In this document: piece by piece, positions 13,721 to 26,748 of the stretch
Layout: every line of letters begins with the position of its first letter
Position numbering within the stretch: the stretch's first letter is position 1
Assembly (NCBI RefSeq): GCF_963921235.1
Contig: NC_086097.1
Span: forward strand, 58,528,001-58,592,000
Reading direction: 5' to 3'
Length of the DNA: 64,000 nucleotides
DNA from: Mobula hypostoma
Taxonomy: Eukaryota
The notes under the pieces: model-generated
Database searches by the model: none
Told to the model about the DNA's origin: nothing
The model's input: only the letters and a program-made list of their open reading frames with translations
Translations under genes and position numbers: made by a program

Positions 13721-15789
13721 GTTCTTGCCATCCATCTAATGGGATATTAATGATTATCCACTGTGATGTTATGCTGCTATTTATAGTTAAAAATTACAGA
13801 TGTTATTGTGGTGGTGGTTGGGAAGAGAACCGAGAAATGATTTGCAGTATGTGATTTCTGTATCTATCAAGCCAGTCATCACCAGGGACTCCACAACCAT
13901 TTCCTCCCAGTGGCTCCTTGAATTGCAGCATGGATTCTACCCTGGTTGAGATACTAGGTGTCAACTGTAAAAGAAACGCAGGGAGCAGTAGCATCAAGGA
14001 CTGAAACGCAGGTACAGAAAACAATTAATAAACTTTTATTGCACGTGAATTTAGGTACAAGAGTCAAGATGACTTGCTCCAATCATTCAGCTGTGGTATC
14101 ATGTACATTTTAGTTTCTGTGCCCAAGGATAGAGAGTACAGCAAAGATTCATCATATCGATTTCTAGGATGGAGTGTTTGTCATACTGGGTCTTAACTCC
14201 TGAGAAGTTAAGAGGAAACATGACCTTACTGGAGAGTGTAGAATTCATTTGGAGCTTGGCAGGCTAAATGCAGGGATGTTTTCCCTGGCTGAGGTGACTT
14301 GAGCTAGATGTCAGAAATTCTAAGGGCGTGAGATCCTGAATGCTGTGTAAAATCGTCTTCACACAGATTACTCCCAAGATGCTAAGAAGTCTTTGTTGCC
14401 AAGTATATTCAAGATACTGATTTTTAAATATTATGAGTTGAGGAATACGGGTTAAAGTGACACTGATATACAAGATTGCGTGATTTTTGTAAAGTAGCTG
14501 ACTTATAGTTTTGAACACAGCCATTTTTGACCCAAATAAACACTCCTTCTCAAACACGACTACCTGCTGAAATTCAACTTTCTTTGGTACATAAAGATGT
14601 GCAAACTGTGAATCTAACCCATCCACACCAGACATTTCAGTGCAGATTAGCGTCAAGCAAAGCTTTTTTTTAAAATCAAGACGAAATTATTTTTTTCTAG
14701 ATTCATTAAAACAATGAAGAAACTCTATAGTTACAAGTGTCAGATGATTTGTACTTCACATAGGTGGAAGCACCCTCTTTAAGTTGTAATGAAGAGCCAG
14801 CCGGTGTATTCTGCTTGCAATTTTAATCAAATCAAAATTGATGTTCGTATTCTGTTTGCAAACAACTACAGCAGTTTTGATGAAGTGGTACAAAATTTCT
14901 GGAAGAGCAGGAGCTAAGCCATTGTACATCAGGATCCTAAGGATTTTGTTCCCAGTAACAAAAGGTACCTCAGCAGCATCATGGAGTCCTTCAAGATTAC
15001 AAAGCTGCTACATCCACCAACCCTTTGTTCAATCTTACTCAATGCTGCAGCTTACAAATAATACAAATGAGAAACTGCTCAACCTACGTCATGTCCTCTC
15101 CCCTGTATGATTATTCCATCGCAAACACTGAGTTGCAATAACAATAGTCACATCCTGGAACTGAGCTCCAAGTCATCATTTCCTGAATTGTGTGAGAAAA
15201 TGAGCATTGTACTCAACATCTACAAAACATAATCCTTTACCAAGCTTCTGCCGCATCACATCCTATAATTTGGGAGCCACCTCTCATTGAATAAGACTGA
15301 CGAAACTTACCATTATCTTCAGTGTGTCATCAAAGCTTTTGGGTGACTGTAGAAAAATGGCTTTTGAGGATTGACTTCCAATTCAAGCTGCTGAGCTGGG
15401 AAATCCACCCAGATATACTAGATATAACAAAGCTGTCGCCATAAAATCCTCTTAATTCCCCATAACATCAGCACCTTTTTACTGACAAATACACTGAGCA
15501 TTGAGAGCCCAGTTATAGTCAGGTGTTGACAATGTAGCAGACTGGGTAGCCAGGCATAACTTAAAGCATTACTGAAAAATAGAACAAATTTTCCAGCTAT
15601 GAACACTGATGAAACATAGACTAAGTTTCTATAAAATAAAATGAGATTTAAATAAGTTTGAGATATTCACAAACAAGACTAATTCAAGGACATAATTTAC
15701 TTAACTGCTTTCTCCAAAGATCTTTTGTGAGATGGTATAACTGTCTATTGAATTTAAGTAGCAGATGACTGATCACTAGAACAAGAATA

Positions 15790-17095
15790 TCATGACAAGA
15801 TAGGCCCAAGCCAGCATGGTTTCATGAAGTGAAGATCCTGCCTCACCAACCCGTTGGAATCTTTTTGAGGTAATATCAAATGAGATCGATAAGGGAGAGG
15901 CTGTGATTGTTGTGTATTTGGATTTTCAAAAGGCCTTCGATAAGGTGCTGCGTAATAAGATAAGAGCCCATGGAATTACAGGAAAGATATTGGAATGGGT
16001 GGAGCATTGGCTGATGGGCAGAAAGCAAAGGGTGGGAGTAAAGGGATTCTATTCTGATTGGTTGCCAGTTACTACTGGTGTTCCGCAGGGGTCGGTGTTG
16101 GGGCCGCTTCTTTTTACAATGTATATCGATGATTTAGATTATGGATTAAGTGGTTTTGTGGCTAAATTTGCGGATGACACCAAGACAGGTGGAGGAGCAG
16201 GAAGTGTCGAAGAAATGGAAAAGTTGCAGAGCGACTTGGTCAGTTTAGGAGAGTGGGCAAAAAAATGGCAGATTAGATACAATGTTGAGAAATGTATGGT
16301 TGTACATCTTGGAAGAAGAAATAATCAGGCAGATTATTATTTAGATGGGGAGAAAATTCAAATATCAGAAGTGCAAAGGGACCCGGGGGTCCTCGTGCAG
16401 GATACCCTAAAGGTTAACCACCAGGCTGGATTGGCAGTAAGGAAAGTGAATGCTATGTTGGCATTCATTTCAAGAGGAATAGTGTATAAGAGTAAGGAGG
16501 TGTTGACGAGGCTCTATGGGGCATTAGTGAGACCTCATTTGGAATACTGTGTGCAGTTTTGGGCCCCCTATCTTAAAAGGGATGTTCTGATGTTGGAGAG
16601 AGTTCAGAGAAGATTTAGGAGGATGATTCCTGGAATGCAGGGGCTAACATACGAGAAGTGTTTGTCGGCTCTTGGACTGTATTCATTAGAGTATAGAAGA
16701 ATGAGAGGGGGTTTCATAGAAACATTTCGAATGTTGAAAGGGTTGGACAGAGTAGGTGTGGAAAGGCTGTTTCCCTTGGTGGGTGAGTCCAGGACAAGAG
16801 GCCACAGTCTTAGAATTAGAGGGTACCCATTTAAAACAGAGATGAGGAGAAATTTTTTTAGCCAGAGGATCATGGATTTATGGAATTCGTTGCCACATAC
16901 AGCAGTGGAGGTCCGATTATTGAGGGTGTTTAAGGAGGAGATTGATAGGTATCTAATTAGTCAGGGTATCAAGGGATACAGGGAAAAAGTGGGCAACTAG
17001 AACTAGATGGGAGAATAGTTTAGCTCATAGTGGAGTGGCGGAGCAGACTCGATGGGCTGAATGGCCTACTTCTGCTCCTTTGTCTTGGTGATCTG
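15790..17095 (+). mobile_element. CR1 LINE, 5'-truncated, RT domain largely open (ORF 15903-17000)
   Basis: VYLDFQKAFDKV, GVPQGSVLGPLLF, FADDTK, LVRPHLEYCVQFW, RTRGHSL, CR1 3' UTR. Confidence 0.93.
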
Positions 17096-19138
17096 TGCTT
17101 GTCAAGCTTGCATTGCTCTTCATCAAAACAAATCTTGTGAAAATTGATAATAAGGAATAGACCAGAAACATAAAACAATCAAAAGGGCAGCAATTACATA
17201 AATCAATTGTCATTTAGAGGGAAAGCTTGTTTGGAGGGAAAACTGAACAAAACTCATTACCTGTATAAAGGAGCAGGTTCCTTCAAGTGACCAACCAGGT
17301 GAGTTGTATTCAGAATCATTTAAAAGGATTAATGTGAATTGAAATTATTACAGTTAAGACTTAAACCATATAATTTTAACTTATAGTATTTCCATCATAA
17401 ATTCAATTTGTTTCTAATTTTATTTAGTATTTATTTGGCTATAGTAAAACTTTTAGAAAGATCTCTTGGTTGTGCTTCAAGTCTTCATCAACTTTGGCAT
17501 GTTCAGATTGAATAGTTATAGGAGAGAACTACCAGAAACAACCTATGTAGATACTCTATACCTAGCTCTAACAGCAAGGTGCAGAGAGTGTATGATTCAA
17601 GGATGCTCTCAAAGCCTCCTAGAAAAAGTGCTATATTCCTACCCTTGAACTATTTAAAACCGAGGGGCATTCCAGATGGCATTGAGTCTCAAGTCCATAT
17701 CTTGGAAGTGCACAGTAGTTCACTGCAAACAATGGGAAAAATACCACCACCCAAACTACTCATTCCCCCCACCCCTCCACTGCATCCAATCAGGCAGAGT
17801 TCCATAATGGCCCAATCAACCACCTCAGAAACCAAAGAACATGGTTGGAAGCAAGTTAACCTTAACCCTTGACTTGCTTAAGACATAGGATGAGTTTTTA
17901 AACTGAACACACAAGCCTAGTAATTTAATTAGTATCTGTTTTTAATGCACTAATTGTGCAAAAAAAAAATTTCAACTGGAGTAGATTGTGCTAGCCATCA
18001 TTTTCAGATGAAATTGTGACTTGTGAAATTAGCCCAGGGAATGCTAGTCACGTTCCACCTCAGCATGCATGACCTTTAAGCAATATTTGACATAAATTAA
18101 ATATCAATTTTAACATTCTTTGAACTGAAATTCTAGTTCTGACATGGCAAGAATAGTTGTGCTATGACAATTATTATTTTTAAAACACACAAACCAAGTC
18201 TCCATTCTCAATTGTTTTCATAACTTTCAAGACATATTTCGAAGGTTGAAACACTTTTACATTTCCTTGCTCCATCATTGATTAGAGCCTTTTTTTATCT
18301 TATGAAATTTATAGCAGCACATTGCCATGCCTGATTATCTGTAAGTGATGTGGTTCTACTTGAGAAGTAGCCCTCTGAGCAGAGCAAAGGATCATTTGAA
18401 GGTTGGATACTCACGTTGTTCTCCCTTTTACCCCCACCTCACCTGAATTTTTCTCCACCTCCATCACAGCGAAAAGGATGCAATGAGAATGGTCCTTTTA
18501 AGATCAGAGACCCTGCCTGCACACAGCATCACAATTGTCCTCAGCAACTCCTCGAAGTGTGGATGTCCCTGTGTGCAAATTGTAGTGCTATTTCAAATGA
18601 TTTGCTGGTCAATTTGATGATTTCTTGCAGTCTGATTCTGATCAAATTCAGTGTTAAACACAGCTTATTACACCAAAAAATAAACAATATCCAATTTCTT
18701 ATTGATGAAGTTCATAAAGCCGGGTTTCATTTGAAAAGGGAGACCATTTTTACATTATTACACTGTTGCAACTATGCATGTTCAAGGTAATAAAAACAAT
18801 GCAAAGCAACTGAAAATAATATTTGTCCCTGGTTTAGGGAATGGCTTTGTTATTTCTGTTCAGTTCATGCACTCAACATTTTAGAACATTGTCAAATTTT
18901 TCTAAAGTAAGGGCTCAATATTGTATTTTACAGGGATTAAACGTATCATGGTGATTTTCTCTTTGAGATGGTTCCATTTCAAATTAATTACAATTTAAGT
19001 TATAATAGATTTATATATGCTATGCTTGATTCACAAACAAGTTTCACAGTAGAAACTATTTGCTACAATACTGCACTTTCAAGAAACAATGAAGCGTATC
19101 TCCATTAAGTGTATCTAATGGAATAGTATCAATCCTAT

Positions 19139-20413
19139 TTAAAGGCTGGTGTCTGCAGTCTCTGATTTGGCCATGGTAGGCTCAGGCATCCTGTTGGGTG
19201 GTCCATCCCTGCAGAAAAGCACAGCTGGATTTTTACAGGCCCACATCACGACATCTCCATTTGCAGGGCTAGAAGAAGACATTCTGCTACCAGCCCCTTG
19301 CCGACTTACATAGCGGTCCCTTAACCTGTCTGCCTGACTCCTAATGTCATGGTCCTGGTTCTGCCTAGACAAGTAGGCAGCTATATTTCTAGTCCTGTAA
19401 CCATCTTCCCTTTTTCTTCCCAAAAGCATGGAGATGTTGGGGTTCCTGGTAGCATAGATTAAGGGATTGAGGGCACCATTAGCCCAGGCCAGCCAGATAG
19501 CCACAGTGTCCATGATGGGGGTGAAATGGAAGTTTCCAGTGGCTGTGATGATTCCCATGACGCAATAAGGACCCCAGCAGCAGATGATAAAGACGATCAT
19601 TATCAGTACTGTGGTGGCTGTCCTCATTTCACTGTAGAAGCGCAGCAGATGGGCATATGTAGTGACTGGGCGGACTCGGATCTCTGACAGCCTCACTGTC
19701 TTACAGATGTTGTAGTGACAGAAGCACATCAGTGAGAAGGGCAACAGGTAGCAGGTGACAATCAAGGCGATGCTGTACGCAGTGCCCATACGGGAAGTGC
19801 CCGAGTGGAAGATGTACATGCAGTGGTAGAAGCCCTTCTTATGAATAACCTGCTGTCCTGGGGCTTGAAACAAGAGATACCAGGGGAAAGAGAAAATGAA
19901 GGCCGTCAGCCAGACGGCGGCCAAGAGCTGCGCGGCCAGACGCCTGCCCATCTTTTCTTGCGGCTGTCTGACGATCGCGTAGTAGCGGTCGAAGGAGATG
20001 AGGGTCATGGTGAGGGTAGAGATGATCCCGAAGCACGAATTGAAGAAACCATTGGCCACGCAGAAGCGGTCCCCAAAGATCCAGACACCGTCTTGGCTGA
20101 AGAGCATGATGAAGGAGAAGGGCACACAGAGCAGGGCAGTGAGCAGGTCGGACAATGACAGGGACATGATGAAGGCGTTAGTCACAGTCCGCAGCTGCCG
20201 GTGTTTGACGATCACCGCAATCACCGCCGCGTTGCCCAGGCTCGACAACAGAAAGATGAGCAAAAGGAGCAGAGCCTTGGAAGCTACGGCCACACCGTGG
20301 AGTAGAGACCCGACGTCGGTCTGGCCGCCCGCTCGCTCCGGCAGCGCTGCTCCGCTGTAGTTGCCGAGCGCCGTGCCGTTGCTCAGCACCGCAGCCCCGG
20401 TAGGCAGATCCAT
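19139..20413 (-). CDS. GPR135: G protein-coupled receptor 135 (class A orphan GPCR), single coding exon, 424 aa
   Basis: Intact ORF with 7 hydrophobic segments, GN in TM1, LSLSD in TM2, SFDRYY, CWGP and NPLIY motifs, and the GPR135-like segment [29 protein letters not shown]. The first in-frame ATG is at 20413; the ORF-track start at 20434 is GTG and an in-frame TGA lies at 20452-20450. Syntenic with L3HYPDH/JKAMP as in human. Confidence 0.95.
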   Translation of the reverse strand: MDLPTGAAVLSNGTALGNYSGAALPERAGGQTDVGSLLHGVAVASKALLLLLIFLLSSLGNAAVIAVIVKHRQLRTVTNAFIMSLSLSDLLTALLCVPFSFIMLFSQDGVWIFGDRFCVANGFFNSCFGIISTLTMTLISFDRYYAIVRQPQEKMGRRLAAQLLAAVWLTAFIFSFPWYLLFQAPGQQVIHKKGFYHCMYIFHSGTSRMGTAYSIALIVTCYLLPFSLMCFCHYNICKTVRLSEIRVRPVTTYAHLLRFYSEMRTATTVLIMIVFIICCWGPYCVMGIITATGNFHFTPIMDTVAIWLAWANGALNPLIYATRNPNISMLLGRKREDGYRTRNIAAYLSRQNQDHDIRSQADRLRDRYVSRQGAGSRMSSSSPANGDVVMWACKNPAVLFCRDGPPNRMPEPTMAKSETADTSL

Positions 20414-20800
20414 GGACCCGAATGGCGCGTCCACCCAAAACTCCGCACATCACTGGGGCCGCCACTGCGGCGAGCGGTCCCTGCGGCCGCTTGGTTGGGC
20501 CACGGACCTCTCGCCCCCGGTTCCCGCGCTGCCTTACCGACGCCCTTTCAGCTGTCCATTTTCTGTGCAACATCTCCCCGCGGTAGCGCTGTTACCTCGC
20601 TCGGAAGCCGGCGCAACCGCCTGCGGTTACAAGTGCTAGCCTTTCAGCACATATCATCACCAGCGCACTCAGTGTCATCCTCCGGCTCCCGAGCCACACG
20701 TGTCCCACTCCGCCTCACTTCCGCTCACGATCTCCAAGCACCGTGGCGCGTACCGCCCTTGTCAGGGTATCAGCGGCTGCACCCAGTAACACCGACCTCT
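19900..20800. promoter_or_regulatory. CpG island over the GPR135 5' end/promoter
   Basis: Sharp rise in GC and CpG content relative to AT-rich flanks; ETS-like CACTTCCG near 20716-20723. Confidence 0.7.
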
Positions 20801-22740
20801 TTATTTCCATTTCCTGTAGCTGGAGCCCTTGAAGCAAACAAAACTGCAGGGGCACAAGTCTCTGTGAATTCCTTTTCACAAATGATGGCAAATCTCTGGA
20901 ACAGATGACCCTCATCACCTTCGATCCTGTAGAGACTGCATCATTAGAGCTATTTAGAGAGAAAATCTTTGACACATATAGGGGATCATGTGAAAGGCAT
21001 AGCAGGACTGAGGGAGGGGCCAGGGGATCTACTCCTATAATTGTTTGTGTTCCTGAGATACAACCATTTGAAGTTTGAAAGTCCACTGGCCACACCAGGA
21101 GTTAAAAGTAAACGGTTGCAATGCGTTGAGACAGATGGATGTTCATTGACAAGCTGTCCGAAGCTCCCAAATTCCTCGGTAAATATCACTTCAAACTATA
21201 CTCAGGTCTTACATTCCTGAGGATGAAGACGCCAAGATGATATTTCTGAGATCTAAAATGAAGATGTCTTAAAAGTAGAAACAGACCATTCAGGATAGAT
21301 TTAATAAGATTATATTACAAACACAAGATTATATACAGTATATAATTTTAAAAATGGGCAAACTGGATCTCTCTCCCTTTGCAAAAAGGGCAAGTGCAGA
21401 CGAGTTTTGATGGACCGGATACAGAGACAAATTTCCATAGCATAACTTGAGACCTTCATAACATAACAAGACACCAAATATGAAATGAAGAGTTTGGTGT
21501 TACTGGGTGCAGCCGCTGATACCCTGAAATTTGAAAGAAACCTCTTTACTCAAGTGGTGGTGAAACTACAGAACTTGCTACTAGGGATTGTGGTTGAAGT
21601 GAAAAAGTCAATTTATACACAAGAGCAGTAAGTGCATTACAATGGTGTAGAGGGTAAGCAGTGGTTTAGAAGATGAAAGACAGGAAAAGATTTGAGTGGG
21701 GCATGGACTTCCTATGTAATATAAGCTATTATAAAAATGGACTATCCTGCATGTGACACTGAGCTTTCAAGGCTGAGAGCTGTTTCTGAATACACAGACA
21801 AGTATAGCCAGATAGTAAACTATCAACTTTGTAAGCCATCTTACCTGAGACAACCACATATTTGTTTCTGCAGTTTGTGCATGAGTTGTTATATAATCAG
21901 GACTAACAGCTATCATTTATATAACATATTATCAGACAAAAATGTTGATTGAACCAGTTAAATACTAGGCCAGTTAAAGCCTATTCGAGGAGGTAAATTT
22001 TAGAAAGTAACCTAACAGAAGAAATTGGAGGGATTAGGAAAAGAATTCCAGATTTACACTTCTGAAAGCACCTATCACAAAATAATGCAAAATATTTTCC
22101 CTTTATTACCTAAGTATTTATGAAGAGCCAGCTTGAGCTGGGCAGCAAACCTGGAAACATTTTGGTTTATAGAGCTCTGAAATAGAGTCATATCTGGGAA
22201 TAAATAGATACTGCTGTATTTTATTGCAAAGTCTTTGAATAATATATCGACTCATTCTAAAAATATATTTAATTTTAAAATATTTTACTTCACATATTAA
22301 TTTTCAGAAAGGAGCCCAAGGCATTCTGAGCAAATAACCCAGCTATTATTCTTGTTCTGCTTTACACAATCAAACCACATTACTTGTTGCAAAGCAGATA
22401 TAAAGAACATGTGCTGCAACAATAATGTTTTTCTGTTATTTTAAAATTGGCCATTATCTACCCTTATCATTATCACTTAAATTGGTCAGATATATCACTA
22501 CTAATTTGATTGTGCAAACAAGGTTAGTAACAAGAAAAAATGTCACTAATTTAAAATGGTGCAGTGTGATTTAAAAGAGTGGAGATCTTCAAAGCTACAA
22601 CTTTTCTCTGCTTACACTGCGAGCTTACAATTAATATTATAGTGATTATTTTATTTTATTAAAAATTAAAACTATTACATACAGTGTAGATTGAAATATC
22701 AGAGTTTAGGACTTACCCACAAAGAAATGTAGAATCATAA

Positions 22741-22812
22741 ACAACAGGAATTCTGCAGATGCTGGAAATTCAAGCAACACACATCAAAGTTGCTGGCGAC
22801 TTTGATGTGTGT
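22741..22812 (-). mobile_element. Mini fold-back Penelope end downstream of the L3HYPDH stop
   Basis: caacacacatcaaagttgc-tg-gcgactttgatgtgtgttg hairpin; 13-bp duplication tgtagaatcataa at 22728-22740 and 22813-22825. Confidence 0.75.
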
Positions 22813-23057
22813 TGTAGAATCATAACACTTGTTTCTATTTCATAAATAATTAAACATGATCCATCAGTCTACTAAGCATATATATGTTACAAACTTAATT
22901 ATACATGAATAATATAGTTCAGTGTCTTTAAAGACTGAAATTCAAATATAGAATTAATACATTAAAAAACTAAATTATACTTAATAAAAGTTAGGACTTT
23001 AAAATGATACCAAGATTTTAATGTTAAGTACACATGATAACTTCTGTTTTAAATACT

Positions 23058-23183
23058 TTATCGAAGAAGAAACCCATCTTTGAGAATGTCATCATCTTCG
23101 GCATAGAAGTTTGCTGTTCCTGTGTAATGTGCTTGTCCTGATATTTCCACTATAACAGCTTTGAAATTGCCACATTTTGTTTC
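23058..23183 (-). CDS. L3HYPDH: L3HYPDH coding exon 5 (terminal)
   Basis: ttttcag acceptor; ETKCGNFKAVIVEISGQAHYTGTANFYAEDDDILKDGFLLR-TAA. Total spliced CDS is 1038 nt = 345 aa with no frameshift or internal stop. Confidence 0.95.
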   Translation of the reverse strand, partial: ETKCGNFKAVIVEISGQAHYTGTANFYAEDDDILKDGFLLR

Positions 23184-23302
23184 CTGAAAAAAAAAATCAT
23201 TTTTTAATCAGCATCCCCATCTTTTTGCTCGCATTTATTTTGGATCAAAACTTACTGCCTTGTAAGGTGCTTAAACGTAATATTTATTAAGTTGTTCTTC
23301 AC

Positions 23303-23440
23303 CTCAACAGCTTTTCCTGTGAATAATGAGCCTGTTGGACCACTTTGAAATGTCCTACTCTGATTCAGCAGAACAAATCCTTTATGATACTGCAATGCAA
23401 CACGAGCAGTCACACCTGATCCACAAGGACTTCTGTCGAC
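23303..23440 (-). CDS. L3HYPDH: L3HYPDH coding exon 4 (second catalytic residue is Cys264, not Thr)
   Basis: AG/GT bounded, 138 nt; VDRSPCGSGVTARVALQYHKGFVLLNQSRTFQSGPTGSLFTGKAVE; TGT codon at 23425-23423. Confidence 0.95.
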
Positions 23441-23854
23441 CTATTCAAGATAAATTGAGCAAAAATGTCTCTGAACTTCTTAATATACTGTATATAATTC
23501 AGTCATTCAATGTGAAATCAACTCCCAGTTGAACATCAAGGATTTAGATGAACCAAACCCAGGGAAAGGGCAATGTCATTTCATTTCAACAAGTTGCTTC
23601 TGTGTAATGTTTTTAAGTTCTATCGGGAGAACTTTGCTCGTCTTTAATTATACAATTCAATAAGAATGTGATGTACATCTTATTCAATAGTTTACATAAA
23701 TGAGTACCCAATAAAAATTCTGTACGAGCAGTTCCAGTTTAGAGTTTAAATGAGAAAGGTTATTTTGTTGTTTTAATTGTACAGTTGGATTGTTAAAATG
23801 CCTGTATTGATACTTATTGCAATAAAGTTACAAATAATGGTTTAACTTGTCTAC

Positions 23855-23977
23855 CTGAGCATCTGCAAAAACACAGATGTTTGCCGTTGGTTCTTCAGAA
23901 AATGCATCTTTGCCATCAGTTATTATAGTGCCATAGAGGAAAGCAAGATCCTCACTATCAGGGTGGTGCAGCTTGAC
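23855..23977 (-). CDS. L3HYPDH: L3HYPDH coding exon 3
   Basis: AG/GT bounded, 123 nt; VKLHHPDSEDLAFLYGTIITDGKDAFSEEPTANICVFADAQ. Confidence 0.95.
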
Positions 23978-24924
23978 CTGTAAAAAGAATACAAGTCAGA
24001 TGTGATATTAACTAACTTGATGAGTAGCAGCAGTTACATCTTGTAAGTGTCCACAAAAGAAGTGTTTTAATTGTTATGTATCATCATTCTTTAGTGTTTT
24101 TCAGAAGCCCAGAATGTTAACTGACAACCATTGGTAGTACTTGTACTTCATAAATTATTTAGCATATGGTAACTTATTAACATTAAAACAAAAAGTAACT
24201 TTTAGTCTCCATTAATCGGTATGAATACCAACTACATCGCTTAATGGGCCAGATCGCCTTGTGGCTCATACTCATTGGTATTGGTGGAACCAATCCATCA
24301 AATTTCAATCAAATCACCAGAAACAAATTAAAACAGTCCTGGAGACTGATAAGGAGGAAGGCAGCTACCACCCTTATGCTCTTGTAATGACTACCAGTCC
24401 AAACTTGTTACTGTCTCAGAGCTGCAAGGACTCTGCTTGCCCAATTATCCTAATCCCAAACCAGGTCACAAAATATTGAGTTTATATATTTCACCAAAGG
24501 TCTAAACAGTCACAAAAATCACCATACTTAAGTTCCACAGCCACATAATCTGGGCTGAACACGTATTGTTTGCCCTGTTTTCCTTAAAATTATTTACTTT
24601 GCCTTTCAGCTAAGACTGTTAGGTCTGCAAGGTAAAGACAAATTACTTGGAGCTTGGAGCAGAATACAAAGAAGCATAGTGTTTAATTCACTACACACAA
24701 CTCTGTAGAGAGGGGATCCATCTCTAACGAAAAAGACAAAGTGGCCACCTCACAACTGAAGTCTGCATATTTTTTCCATCCTCTGAGGAAGATTCTTTAT
24801 GGAGGAGGGGGTTGGATGTTTGCTACATGGAGCACATAAACACCGTCACTAATTTGCATTTAAACCGTGGCAGCTGGGAGATTTGCTTGCTGAATAAGAA
24901 AAAATACTTTATTTCTTTACGCAC

Positions 24925-25094
24925 CTGTGCTTTCACAGCATTAGTTACAGTTACTGCTGCATCTACAAGGTCTCGTGTCCTGGAGGAACAAACATCCAAA
25001 CCAAAACAATCTGCACTCACGAACGCATAAAAAGCACCTCCATATGCAACATCCACCACAACCTTGCCATGTCCTGGTAGATCAATAGGAATAT
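24925..25094 (-). CDS. L3HYPDH: L3HYPDH coding exon 2
   Basis: tttcag acceptor and gtgcgt donor; 170 nt; (D)IPIDLPGHGKVVVDVAYGGAFYAFVSA...NAVKAQ in frame with exon 1. Confidence 0.95.
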
Positions 25095-25524
25095 CTGAAA
25101 AAGACCAGTAAGGTAGGACTGTACATTGTATGCACTCATCTATGTCACAGCCCTAAATATGAATAGAGTTCTGCCCTACTTTCAAGGGACTTAAAACTGA
25201 TCCAAGAGTGAATGACCTTTTCCAGTAGTATTTTTGCTTAACCAACAGAGTAAATTCATGCATTACTGTTTGGAACCTGAATCCTCTCCTTTTAACAGTT
25301 TGCTAGTGAATCTAGGCACAGACTGTCACGCATTGTAAATCAACGCCAAAAATGTTGTGCAGATATGCCTATCTCCTTCAATAAGAAAGCAGTGTGCCGT
25401 AAGTAGGAAAGCAGCCGACAAAAGTGGTGTAATGGTGATTTAAGTATCGATTGTTCTTTTTATTATTACATTATACCATTTGGCATGATTTACTTTCCAC
25501 ATGGAACCCTCTTTTATTTCCACC

Positions 25525-25658
25525 ATGGTCTTGACGAAGGGTCTCAGCCTGAAACGTCCACTGTACCTCTTCCTAGAGATGCTGCCTGGCCTGCTGCGTT
25601 CACTAGCAACTTTGATGTGTGTTGCTTGAATTTCCAGCATCTGCAGAATTCCTCGTGT
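25525..25658 (+). mobile_element. Penelope 3' fragment beginning at the hammerhead motif (L3HYPDH intron 1)
   Basis: Near identical to 40841-40964; flanked by an imperfect duplication ttttatttc(c)acc. Confidence 0.75.
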
Positions 25659-26748
25659 TTTTATTTCACCTTCAAAGTTTTCATCAGGGCCGCTAGCAGA
25701 ACTACTACCTCACAATTCCAATGACTCACATTCAATCCCGATCTCTGGTGCAGTCTGTGTGGGGTTTGCATATTCTCCCTATGGACAATGTGGGTTTCCC
25801 CCAGGTCTCCAGTAAAAACTGGCTACATGCAAAATTGCTCCATAAAAACAAATTAACAGGAAAATAGCAAGAGACTCCATTACAGAGCCAGAAGAGAACA
25901 AATACTACCCCTCAACCATCATGCTTTGAACAAAAGAGGATAACTACACTCATTTATTGAGATGTTCCCACAACCAATGATCTCACTTTAAGGACTCTTG
26001 TTATTTCCTGCTCTCCTTATTTATTGCTATTTATTGATATGCATTTCCATTTGGCCAGTTTGTTGTCTTCTATGCTTTTATTTCCTTATTGATCCTGTTT
26101 AGTTACTGTTCTATAGATATGTCTGTAAGAAAAAGAACCTGAAGGTTGCATGTATGTATTCTGATAATAAATTTTACTTTGAATCTAAAACATTTAGTCT
26201 GCAGTCAGAGCACAGCCCAAAGGCAAGAAATATTGACAAGTACCAAGAGCAAAAATTGTCAAGCTAGAATTTATAGATTTGGAGACACAACCCACATTTT
26301 GATTAAAGACGGAAGACGTACAACTTGGAAACTTTCTATTTGCAACTGGTTCACTCTGACTGAATATATATTGTATAAGGCTATACAAACTTTGTTGGTT
26401 TGCTAGGATTGAACACGCTGTTACTGAATAAATAGGAAGCCTCACCTACAAAAGTCTGAGCTCAAATATTCACTAGAACTGAATGTACAGAAAACAGCGT
26501 GCAACCTCCGAGGCTGCATGATCCACTGGGATCAAATATACGGGATATATGTAAACTATACAGATGTATTGATTCACTGGGATAAAACAAACAGAATACT
26601 GTATGTGCGAACTCTGTGGCTGTTTTGATTCACCGGGTCTGAATACATCAAAATAATTTAGTGCGAGCGCCGAGTAAACAGGAAACGTGTAAATGACAAG
26701 ATTGAAGCAGTGATGTTGTGATCCATGCAGCAGCCATTCACCCTCTAC

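Noticed and set aside
11500-15700. Possible exons of the upstream neighbour gene (DAAM1 in human synteny)
   Set aside because: No formin-like peptide or convincing exon chain was recognised.
15903-17000. 365-aa RT ORF as a domesticated gene
   Set aside because: Ordinary 5'-truncated CR1 with no ATG start, a small deletion after KAFDKV and an upstream frameshift.
20414-20434. ORF-track start of GPR135 at 20434
   Set aside because: The codon is GTG; the first in-frame ATG is at 20413.
19805-21095. Several antisense/overlapping ORFs across GPR135 (also 26777-27488 across L3HYPDH exon 1)
   Set aside because: Shadow frames of GC-rich coding DNA with no recognisable domains.
23423-23425. Possibility that the Cys-type gene is a bacterial/parasite contaminant or a sequencing error
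   Set aside because: The gene has spliceosomal introns containing host repeats, sits in vertebrate synteny, and needs at least two substitutions from any Thr codon.
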